Assembly: GCF_001194135.2 (NCBI RefSeq)
Contig: NC_068988.1
Location: forward strand, 46,086,463-46,141,493
Source: Octopus bimaculoides
Lineage: Eukaryota
Reading direction: 5' to 3'
DNA: 55,031 nt
Shown here piece after piece: positions 25,701 through 37,330 of this stretch. Within the stretch, counting starts at the first letter, position 1; every line of letters starts with the position of its first letter. The position numbers and the translations under genes were made by a program. The notes below the pieces were generated by a model, which was not told the DNA's origin, searched no databases, and saw nothing but the letters and a program-made list of their open reading frames with translations.

Positions 25701-26303
25701 CATACAAAACAAAAATATATGTATGAGGGTACATACACACATACACATATAAATATATATATATATATATATAGATATATATAAACACAAAGATTATATA
25801 TATATATGTACACACAGACAGACACACACACACACACACATTCTTTTTTGTGTAGCTTTTTTTCTTATTATTCTAGTCTGAAGTTTGTTATCTTAATAAC
25901 TAGTATTTCAAATCTTCTGTGTTGGAAGGTCACGAGTTCAGCAAGTGCAGCATGCTGCAAAATCAGATTACATGCAAATGTTTGTACAGGAAATAGATGT
26001 TCAGTTGCTTTTGTCGACTGTAACAATCGTCCAATTTTAACCCTTTGCCAAAATTCAGAAAGCAGTATTGCACAATACTGCTGCCTCCATTGGAAATTAT
26101 GGATCTGGAAATGTAGATGTTGAAGTGGTGGTGAAGATAAGAGATATTCTGTGACGTATCTGTTACACAATAAAATCTTCTTGTAAGATGGTGTATGTGA
26201 TTAGATTTTTGTAGACAGAGTCCATGTATGTAGGTATATGTATGTACATATATACACATATATATGCGATTAGATTTTTGTAGACAGAGTTCATGTATGT
26301 AGG

Positions 26304-26356
<53 letters not shown>

Positions 26357-26820
26357 TGTTGTGTCTGGGGAGAGTCATTTTGTGCCTTATAATTTAACAC
26401 ACTCACCGGTAAAATTTCCACTCATTTCTTATTTTTATTTTCTTAAAATTTTCATTGCGTCTTGCAACCTTTTCAATAGTGTTCACTCAAGACTATTGGC
26501 CAGCCCTCACCCAAACCATCCAACCCATGCCAGCGCAGACATTAAATGACGATGATGATGATGATGATAAAATATATATAGGTGCTTAGATTTTTGTAGA
26601 CATATATATATATATATATATAGATATATATAAATGCGATTAGATTTTTGTAGATAGAATCAATGTATGTATGTAGGTATGTATATATATATATATATGT
26701 GTATATATACACAGACACATATATATACATATATATACATGCACAACAAATAGCTATGTACATACCTATGTTTATATATGTACATATAAATAGATATATA
26801 TATGTATGTATCAATCTATT

Positions 26821-26876
<56 letters not shown>

Positions 26877-27096
26877 CTCATGTGTATATATATATGTACG
26901 TATATATATATATATATATATGTATATGTATATATAATAATAATATCAGGGATAAAAATCCAAATTTACAGGTAAAAACTCTATTGAATTCAATTTATTA
27001 AAAATTAAAATTAAATTATATTTTACTTATTAATTTTTCTATATGTGACAGTGGATTTTCATCGATGAGTTCATGAACCTTGGTTCTTTTGCCTAA

Positions 27097-27142
<46 letters not shown>

Positions 27143-27526
27143 ATATTTGGCTTAGACATAGTAATGCTTATATCCTGGTGCTTAAACTCAGAGTTCACAT
27201 GCTTCAGAATAAAGCATTAGTTGAGTGCAGAATGTACATAGTATGAAATTAAATAAACTGCAAAAGGAACAGAAAATTGTGCAATAAACTCCATTACCTT
27301 ACAGCTGTTTCTGCTATGCATACATACATACATACATACATACATGTATGTTAGGTTACTCGGTAAGAATGTGCGTACGTAGAAATATATGCATGAATTT
27401 ATCTACTTAGTTTTTGTTCTCACACTCTCACCCTTATCCCTCTTGGGACATCTGTATGCCCACACACATGGAGTTTCACATACACTTTATTTGAGCCAGT
27501 TTCAGATGCATATATAAACGCGCGCG

Positions 27527-27562
<36 letters not shown>

Positions 27563-27952
27563 GTGCTGCAGTGTCGTATAGTGAACAAATGTCCTTTATC
27601 ATAGAATCAGTTGACTTAAGCCTTCTAACTGAAACACTGTATGAAAAGTGTAAAAATGAAAATGAAAGTTGGCTGAATGAATTACAATTGTAATTTCAAA
27701 GTCTTGTTTTGTCATACACGCAGCAACATGGTTATTGCATCTTTGGATTAAACTAAGGATGTAGGTATCACACCAGTATTCAGTTACTTATCTATTCAAT
27801 AGACAGGTATTTCAGTGTCTCAAACAATTGAATGTTCATTGTTGAAACCAATGAAGACCCATTTATTTTGTTTATATGAGTGTTTGTGTATATGCAGATA
27901 TTTTATGCATAGACACACATATGCAGATAAATGTGTGTATATATATATAAAT

Positions 27953-27992
<40 letters not shown>

Positions 27993-28574
27993 TAATAATA
28001 ATAGGACAACAAAAGAATGAATGAGATCTCGATATGTAAAATTGAGGAATTTACTTCCCATATACCGCAAATATATTATTATATTTACAGATACACACAC
28101 ACACACAGACACACACACACACACACACATATATGTACCTATATATACATATTTTTTTCTTTTATATATATATTTACTTATTTATACATGCATTTTTATA
28201 CATAGGTATTTATCTTAACTGCTCTTTTTAGAAAGTATAAACTGCTTCATTCTCATAAGTATGCAGCCACAAATAAGTGTAAGTAAACACACATATCTGT
28301 AAAATGCACCTATATCCATTTGTAATCCTAGAAACAGTTGCTTGCTCTAAGCTACCCAGACACCTACCGAAGAAAACATATACATGCGCACAAACATGCA
28401 CACACACACACACACACATGCACATGCATACATACTTACATACAAATATATTCATAGATACTTATCTATACAGTGTTATATTTTTCTCACCAATTCATTT
28501 GTTATCTTGCTCAGAATATGCGAATGTTCACACAAACATATACACACACACTTAGATACTCAATACGTCTAAGT

Positions 28575-28593
28575 AGTGTTTGTATGTATATGA

Positions 28594-28661
<68 letters not shown>

Positions 28662-28813
28662 GTGTGTGTGTCTGTGTATGTGTGTGTTTTTGTATATATA
28701 TATGTATGTATATGTATGTGTATACACTGTCTTTGCATTTTACATATACATATACGTATATATATATGTATATATATATATATATATATACGTATACGTA
28801 TACATATATATAC

Positions 28814-28877
<64 letters not shown>

Positions 28878-28900
28878 ACATATATGTATGTATGTGTGTA
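28575..28900. repeat. Compound (CA)n/(TA)n microsatellite
   Basis: Direct reading. Confidence 0.95.
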
Positions 28901-31479
28901 TGCATATACAAATATGAATATACGTACACACCCCAATGCAATACATGCATACACATAACCAGCTATACATATTTCAATATTATTTACTAGTTGCAATATC
29001 TTTAAGTAGAAAAACAAACACAGAGAGTGTAATTGTAAAATGTTGCTATCTTATAATATAACCTTTTCTACTTTCTCCATTGTGCATTTCAACTTGGGCT
29101 TTCTTTCTCTCTTTGTATCCTATATTTACATAATTGATAACTAGCAACGTCATTGAAAAATTACTTGAGATTTTCACACATATATGCACATGTATGAATG
29201 CACACATCCACCCATATATATGTGTGTGTGTGTGTATATTTATGTGTGTGCATGTGTGTATATAGCATTATGATATCATTTGCAGAATGCACAAAGTATA
29301 TACACACAATTTTGAATATGGACATTCAACACAAACATGTACTCGCATGTAGATACTAGATAGTATACAACACATACTCACTTTGCTATTAGGGAAGGCA
29401 AACAAATATTTTACTAAGATACATACTCTAATATGTACTCCTGAAGTAACATAATGCATACAAAATACATGTACAAAATTTTCACACACATACGTGTATG
29501 TCATTTACATATAAATACACAATTCCACACACGTGGACGCACACTATACAAGCAAGCATACAAAAGGACAAGAATCAATATGTAATCACACAAGCAGACA
29601 CATGAAGCTTGAATTTCACAATCATACACATACACAAATACATGCATCTTGATTTATGCATGCACTCACATGAATACACAATTGCTACCACTTGCATACG
29701 TGTTCACATTTTGTCTGACACATCCACACAAAATGCCTACATATACATGCACATGCGCATACATACAAATGGGTTGTTTTCATATGCACACATACACAAG
29801 CACACACTCGTACACAATAAATAACATTTATATGTATAAAAACCCGCAACATGAGTTGTGCTTATACACACATATATACACCGTCATATACATACCTAGT
29901 CAAATACATGCAATTCATACATGCACATATTTGCATCCACAATGATAAACCACCACTCATATACACACACAGTCAATTGCAACTTAAATTGTTCATATTC
30001 ACTCACACAATAACTACTTCTCACAGACATAATATCCTAAGACAAATATGTAAATATACATGCAGAGAGAAAAATGATATTAAAGACATTTAATATTGTT
30101 TCTTTGGTTCTCAATTTCTTGTCTAATTCAATAATATTGGATATTTTTCCTCTGTCTTTCTTAATCACTATATAGGTTTTCATCACTCCCTCCTTTTATT
30201 CTCTCTCTTTCTCACCTTATTCTTCCTTTTCTCTCTACCTACACCATTTTCTCTGGCAGATATTAACCAACATATGTTTATCCAATTGTTTGGTGTTCTC
30301 ATCAAATACACTGCTCTTTCCTCATTTATTCTAACCCTGACATGAACTTTTAGTAAGATACTAAGGTCAGTGAAATGGAGACAATCACCATTTTAGTCTG
30401 ACATCTTTCCATCCCTTCCCCGGTCCTCCTATCACAAACCCTCTCACCACACCCACCACATTCACCTTGCTTACCACTGACGATTGTCAGTTAACAGATG
30501 TAAAAATGGTGGACATTGTAAAATATATTAATCAACACATAATTGACACTTGAAATGATACACAGCAGTTTGCTTTTCCTTTTTTCTCTTTCTATCTTTC
30601 TTTATCTGATTCTTGTTACGAATATATATTTTTGTCTGATTTTATCATATTATATTTTATATAGAATATAGTTGGGGTGGTAGTAGTGGTGATGTAAATG
30701 CTATTTTTCTCTCTTCTTTAACTGCTAATTTTTAATTTTTTCTTTTTTCTTGTATTTTCTGGGGCAATTATTCTGACATTCCGTCACTTGCGATCTGCCA
30801 ATGTAGTTCTGCAATGCAGTCTTACAAGTTTGAGTTTTAATTAACATTTGGCAATCTAATTTTACGTTTCATTTATTTATTTGTTTGTTTCATTTCATTT
30901 CTATTGTTAGTGTTCTATAGTCTTTCATTTGTAGAAGTCAAGATTTCATTATTTTCACCATAACAAGTTCCATTACTTCGGCCTACAGTTATCATCATCA
31001 GTATCATTACCTCCATATTCACAGCTTGCCACCGAGAGAGGTTCTGCATGATAACTGTTCAACTTGATCTAACAAGCTTTCGAATTACCCTCAAATAACA
31101 CTCTTTGGTAGCTTTATCAAAACAAGACCAACATACAAGCAGGGACTCCATGAGTAGTGGAAGGAAGCAATAACAGAACGAAAAGTTGGTCATTGGTAGT
31201 TGTGGTAGGAAAAAGCTTTTTGAGACATCGAATTATCCTCAGGCTGGAGACCTGGTTCAAATGTTTGCGATAGAGTGGAGTCTTCTGAAAACACAAACAG
31301 GTGTTATTGTTAAAAAGGTTATTAATTAAGTCCTTTGCACACTATTTTCCTTTTATTTTTCTTAATTATATTGCCACAGAAAAAGAAAATTAGACATACG
31401 TATGTGCATATATATATCTTGCAAGCACATACATATGTATGTACGTACATACAATCATGCATACATACATACATGCATG

Positions 31480-32440
31480 CATACATTCATATACATACAT
31501 ACATACACACATACATAAAAAGAATACAAAAGATGGGACAAGAACGCAACAGGCAACAACAAGACATCCAGACAGATAGATTATACAAAAAGGGACAAGA
31601 AAAAACAAGGACGGGTCATTCGGAGTTTCCTTTCGTCAATCGAGTTCCAGATTATCTTTGCAGTTTCGGCTGGTTATACTCGAGACTTCTCCAATCTGGC
31701 CAGGCCCGAGGAAAATCTAAGCTAAGAGCACTAGATTCCTTGGAAGAAAGCAGCGAATGTATACGAAAACAACGACGAAAAAAAAAACGGAGAGATGGTA
31801 CACAAGTACAAATGCAAACAACAAGAAATTAACAACAGGTGTCTTTCGACTAAGGACGAATTAAATTAAGCAGGCGTGTGTGAAAGTGAAGCCTTACGGC
31901 AGGGACATAAGAGATGATGGGCATGGGAAGGAATATAGATGTTGCACGGATAGTAGTCGAACCAAGAAAGAAAGGTCAGGCTTGGCCGAACATCGGTCAC
32001 GTGGAAGAAGAGGAGAGAGGTAGAGGCAGAGGGATAGAAGAATTAGGGAGGGATGAAAAAAAAGAAAAGGGACAGAGTGAAGTGAAAGAGAAGGGAAGGT
32101 GAGAATGAAGGGAAGGCCAGGAAATGTGAGAGGGGGGGAGCAAAAAAAAAGAGTGGAAAGAACGAAGTGTGAAAGAAAGAAAGAATGAAAGAATGAAAAA
32201 ATAAGAGGGTCGTACAGAATTTATATATATATATGTGTGTGTGTGTGTACTTATAAGAGACCAAAGTGTACGTACGCCGCTCTATGCATATATAAAAAGA
32301 ATACAAAAATGAGACAAGAATGCAACAGGCGACAAGAAGACATCTAGACAGTTAGATGATATAAAAAAGGACAAGAAAAAACAAGGACGGGTCATTCAGT
32401 TTTCTTTCGTCACTTGAGTTCCAGATTATCTTTGCAGATT
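31480..32440 (-). repeat. Penelope-like non-coding repeat with a tandem partial duplicate (31480-31665 ~ 32290-32440)
   Basis: Duplicated acaaaa..gacaagaa..caacagg..ggacgggtcattc..gagttccagattatctttgcag; hammerhead-like remnant; a related copy at 38000-38260. Confidence 0.5.
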
Positions 32441-34728
32441 ATCTTACATAAAGTTAACATACAAGAAAAGAGAAACAACAGGCTTTAATCGAAATAACTA
32501 CAATTGTTTCTGTGCATTAGTATCAGCCGTATCCTGCTGTAATAGCATATGGTAGCTGATACCTGTAGAGGAGTTTTGTAAAACACGCTATAAGGTTATT
32601 ACCATGACACATTGGGTGACAAACAATCAGAGCTGTGTATCTAAGTGCTACGATATAAAATGTTTCAGTTTTTATATAATTTTGTAGACTAAATATTTCC
32701 CACATTTGTAAATATAAATATTCACTAATTAATTTATTAATCCTTAATTTATCGAATATTATTTCGAGACGTAGTTACAAATGTTGAAAATCAAAAAGGC
32801 GCTTCTGAAATTTGCATTAAAAAATGTCCCAAAACCACCTGAAAATTCTACAGTAAATGTTTCGTCGAAAAGACGATCTAATCTAGAAAATTAGACAAAT
32901 GGCATTCAAGAAGAGTTTGATAACAGAAACTTGAATTACTCCATGGAAAACAATTTCGGTTTCAGGTGTCATAAATACGCCCACCACCACCACCACCAAC
33001 AACAACAACGCTTGAGAACAATTGGAGTCCCACCTTTTTAAATCTATTTAAACGAAAGTTTTTCTTTTTAAATTATCCAAAAATTTTCAAGTCATTTTGC
33101 ACAAAGATTTAGCAATTTTAAAATTCCAAACACATCCATATTTCTTCGACAAAACCAAAAATACATAGATACTGTTTGCTGCATATATCATTGACACCTT
33201 TCTCACAGTATCCTCCTGCAAAAGAGAAAAGAAAGAAAACCAGCTAAAAATACTCATTTTAGCGAAGTTTTGGTGCATTGCATAAAATGCTTCACCAAAT
33301 AAATACATTCCGCTTTCTTTCAATTTGAGTATAATTCCTGTCAAGGTTAACTTTATCTTTCATCCTTACGGCGCTGATTAATAAAGTATCAAACTAGAGT
33401 AATTTTTATGCTTCTCTGTATTTGCTCTGGCTCTCGCATTTTGTGTTCAAATATTGCTGTAGCCTGATTGGATAGTAGAGTTAATATGTCACTCAGTTTA
33501 AAGCGAAGTCCACCCTGTGCTAGGTATCTGGACATGGTCTCTGGTTTGAGGATAACATTCCCCTTCATGCCACCAGTTTCCGAAATTTTGAAAATGGTCA
33601 TCAGCACTTCTTTTCTTTCTGGACTAAGCAGCGAAAAACCATTCTGCTTATTTAAAAGTAAACGAAATAGCAACCAAACGAAAAATAAACAAGTAGAATC
33701 CAAAGTGTTGTGTCAGACAAATTTCAGTGATATATCGTAAAGATGTCTGGCCAACGCCAAATGCAGATGAAAAAATCCGACAAAAAGGGAAACCGGTAAA
33801 ACTAGTACAATACTTTAGATTTCATGATGAAACATATTACTTCTTTCTCGTTATAGAACATTAATTTATCTGCCAACAAGTGATTCAGTAATATAAATAA
33901 AAGGTATCTTTATCAATTTATTCAATATTGTCAAAATCTAGTCCTTCTATAGCCAAATACGTTTTTAGAAAACTTGTATCCTGATTAGTGATTTTAGCTT
34001 TTGCTATTATTATATATACTAGAAAATTTTTGCTGTTTTAGGATAATTTTTACGGATTAATGTAGTTGTCAATTAGTGTAATGTAATGTTCTTTCCTGTA
34101 GCCAGGGAATCGGATGATAGTTTTGTCGTTTGTGAATTAATAATGCTGTACATTTTAGGCAAACTTTCAAAGAGTTTTCACTCCACAGGCAGTAGTCCGA
34201 GAACAAAATTAGCTTAGGGGTGCAAACTAAGGTCCAAATTTTTTTATAAACAAGGCCGATTTTTTTCATTCTTAATATCAAAACACAGATACAATATCTT
34301 TTATTATTATACATGGAAAAGTAATGCTTCAAATCACTCCAAAACATTTTCTATACTCGCTCGTTTTGTCGAGATGTCCATAGTTTTTTCCTTGCACAAG
34401 ATCTTATGCACATGCATTACAGCACTGTGTGTCAGACAATGTTGTAGCATAATTTTGAGCCCAACTCAATATTTTGGCAAAGAAAAACAAAAAACACCCA
34501 AAATAACCTAAAGTGCCTCCGAATCTTCATGGACATCCTGATTTCCAGAAACATAACATTAACTGATTCATGTTCCATTCCAGAGCTACCACGTATCATA
34601 CCACTAAAATGGAATCTTCGAACTTTTTTTTCTGATCTGTTGTAGGGTTTTATGAGCATATGCCTCTAAGATTTCAGTTATATGGTATCAGATTGGAAAT
34701 TAACTCATCGTTTAGGTTGCTGACTTAC

Positions 34729-34778
34729 TTCTGCACCATATTCTTCAGCAAGTTCTTTTATGAGATTTACAAAATTTC
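34729..34778 (-). CDS. Coding exon (50 nt, phase 1-0): GNFVNLIKELAEEYGAE
   Basis: Acceptor catttgccacag, consensus donor gtaagt; open frame continues the exon chain. Confidence 0.65.
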
Positions 34779-34933
34779 CTGTGGCAAATGTTAACTTTCT
34801 CTTCAAAGATGTAGCTAAAAACTTCTTTTATCTTTTACTAAGAATATTCCTTGATCCTTCAACAATTAAACTGCAAACTTCTATTGTATTTTACTAAGGA
34901 TTTCCTTAATTCTCTGATCATGAAAGTGCTAAC

Positions 34934-34976
34934 CACTATTATCTTTCACAAGTATGTTCTTTAATTCTTCGATGAA
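34934..34976 (-). CDS. Coding exon (43 nt, phase 0-1): FIEELKNILVKDNS
   Basis: Weak acceptor gttaccag after a 74-nt intron, donor gttagc; exactly bridges the phases of the flanking exons. Confidence 0.5.
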
Positions 34977-35050
34977 CTGGTAACTACTAATATCCTTTAT
35001 TAAAGATATTCTGTAATGCTTTTTCTCTAAATACAAAATAGTTGGCTTAC

Positions 35051-35096
35051 TTGAAAATCTTGGCTCAACAACATATCATCCACGTGCTCAGCTATT
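35051..35096 (-). CDS. Coding exon (46 nt, phase 2-0): IAEHVDDMLLSQDFQ
   Basis: Acceptor gttgtttctag, donor gtaagc; the other two frames have immediate stops; phase-compatible with its neighbours. Confidence 0.7.
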
Positions 35097-36245
35097 CTAG
35101 AAACAACTGTTACATATTTTATGTATTATTTCTCAATAACTTATTTATCATAACTACTCTGCAATTATGTTTGAATTATAAATTATATGTTCTAAAGTGA
35201 TACCACATATTTTACTTGTTCAACACACTTTCTAACATATATCAACAAGCTCAATGATGAAACACTTATAGACATCTTTGGTGACTTCAACAATACCTTC
35301 ATTTCAGCTGCTGTTCAAGCTGAAATTTTAGTGTCAAACCAACCTGAGCACTTATAGTACATATCTATTACATTATGTCATCAGATGCAATTTTTAAAAA
35401 TGTATATACATACATACATACATACTATGGGCTTCATTTCTATCTACCAAATTCACTGACAAGACTTTGGATGACACGAGGCTATAGTAAAAGACACTTG
35501 CCCAAGGTACCATGCTGGAAGACTGAGCCTGGAATCATGTAGTTGAGAGGCTTCTGTCTTAGGACTGTAGCCATGGTGGAGCATCACCTTAATTTATCAG
35601 CTTTATGGCTGGAAGTTGATCTTTGATTGAGATAGTAGTAACAGCTGCTCTCCCCTGAGTGCATCCTTGAATGGCTGATCCAGTATTATTGTTAAGGGTT
35701 TAGCCAATGTGTTTTTGTTTAAGTAGAATTTCCTTTTATATTTCTGATTGCTTTATGCAGGCAGCTGAATAGCTGAGGACATCTTAATATCAGACTGGTA
35801 CAGTAAAGTGTTTTTGCTTGTGATTTCGGAGGTAGTATATCTGAAAGCTAATAATTCTTGCATTAAAATTCTCTCTAATGCTGAAGCTTGGAACAGGATT
35901 TTCCATAGATAAGGGATAGTATATCTCTCTCTTCAGCATTCAAGATAGTAGAAGCACAATGCTTTCAAATATTCCTGGCAGTTAAGGCTTTCAACCAAAG
36001 GTGTTTTACTTGTAAACGTTCTTTGTAACCCTACAATTTCTAAATTGTTTGCAGAGTTATGATATAACAAAACAGGAATCTGGAAATTTTGTTTTTTATT
36101 ATTTAGTCAGTGTTACACATGTTTCATTTGCTAATAGGAATTATAAAATTGTACATGTTGGATAAGAATGTACCGTTCCTTTTAAAGTTATCTATTTCAT
36201 GGTAACAGCAACATTTTGGTGAAAATATAGTCCACCTTAATTCTA

Positions 36246-36575
36246 ATCAATATTGTTTGATTCTCTGTCTGGAATCGAACTCAGAATCTTTGCGTTAGTA
36301 GCCCGCACTCCTAACCACTACGTGGCCAATTATGGAGTGAATTTTAGGGCTTATAAATCTAATATTTTCCTATCCTTCCTTAATACTGGTTCCCATATGC
36401 TACTCATATCTGCATTTGGTCAGCTTAGGAGGTTGTTGTGTCCTAGCATGTGTCCATTTCTAGGCATCTGCAACCTAGAAACAACATTTTTACATTCAGC
36501 AAAACAATACTTTCTAAACATTATTTACATTTGACGGATATTTGTCCTCATCTTGTTTGATGTTGACAACGTTTT
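36246..36575 (-). mobile_element. Inverted partial copies of the same Penelope-like 3' region
   Basis: 36246-36452 is the reverse complement of ~36899-37111; 36520-36575 is the reverse complement of the tail at ~37210-37270. Confidence 0.8.
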
Positions 36576-36609
36576 GGATGATATTTTTGTCCATTATTTT
36601 TTACAACAC

Positions 36610-37330
36610 TTTGCAAATATCTCCTTCGAGTAAAACCACCAATGCAAAAGAATATGATCAAAGACTGCATGTACTCCATCCCATGCAGCTGTGATAGGTT
36701 ATACAAAGGTGAAACATGTCGCCCCCCTCAAAATAAGGGTAGATGGACATCGCAAAGCTGTGACACAAGGAGATATTGATAAATTGGGTATAGCTGATCA
36801 TGTATGGAAAAATGGAGACCACTTCCCCCTGTGGGATGAAGTTAAAATAATAGACAGAGAACACCAATGGAAAATACGGAAACTAAACGAAGCAGCACAT
36901 ATGTTAGGACACAACAACCTCCTAAACAGATTGAGTGCAGATATGAGTAGCATATGGGAACCGGTATTAAGAAAGGGTAGAAAAATATTAAATTTATAAG
37001 CCCTAAAATTCACTCCATAATTGCACATGGGCATATGGTGCAGTGGTTAAGAGTGCGGGCTATTAACCCCAATATTCCGAGTTCAATTCCAGGCAGTGAC
37101 CTGAATATTGATATTAATAATAATAATAATAATAACATCGAAAAATACTTTAGGAATGAGAACCCAGGTTCAAAATTTCCCCAAGGCACCTTGGAGGGTA
37201 TATCAGCCGAAACTGATATTAACAACAAACAAGATGAGGAAAAATATCTGTCAAATGTAAATAATGTAAATAAGGTAAATGATTCCTCATCTCTTAAATA
37301 TAGAATAATACTTTCTAATTCCATACCAAA
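36610..37330 (+). mobile_element. Penelope-like element 3' part: GIY-YIG endonuclease plus 3' repeat
   Basis: MYSIPCSCDRLYKGETCR / PLKIRVDGHRKAV...IADHVW...WDEVKIIDRE..RKLNEAAHM with a 1-nt frameshift in a C-run; followed by a tRNA-like module, (AAT)n and a hammerhead-like remnant. Confidence 0.85.
37028..37100 (+). other. tRNA-like (Asn-like) Pol III module inside the Penelope-like 3' repeat; not a functional tRNA
   Basis: A box TGGTGCAGTGG, B box GAGTTCAATTC; GGCTATTAACC resembles tRNA-Asn GGCTGTTAACC; acceptor stem poorly formed. Confidence 0.55.
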
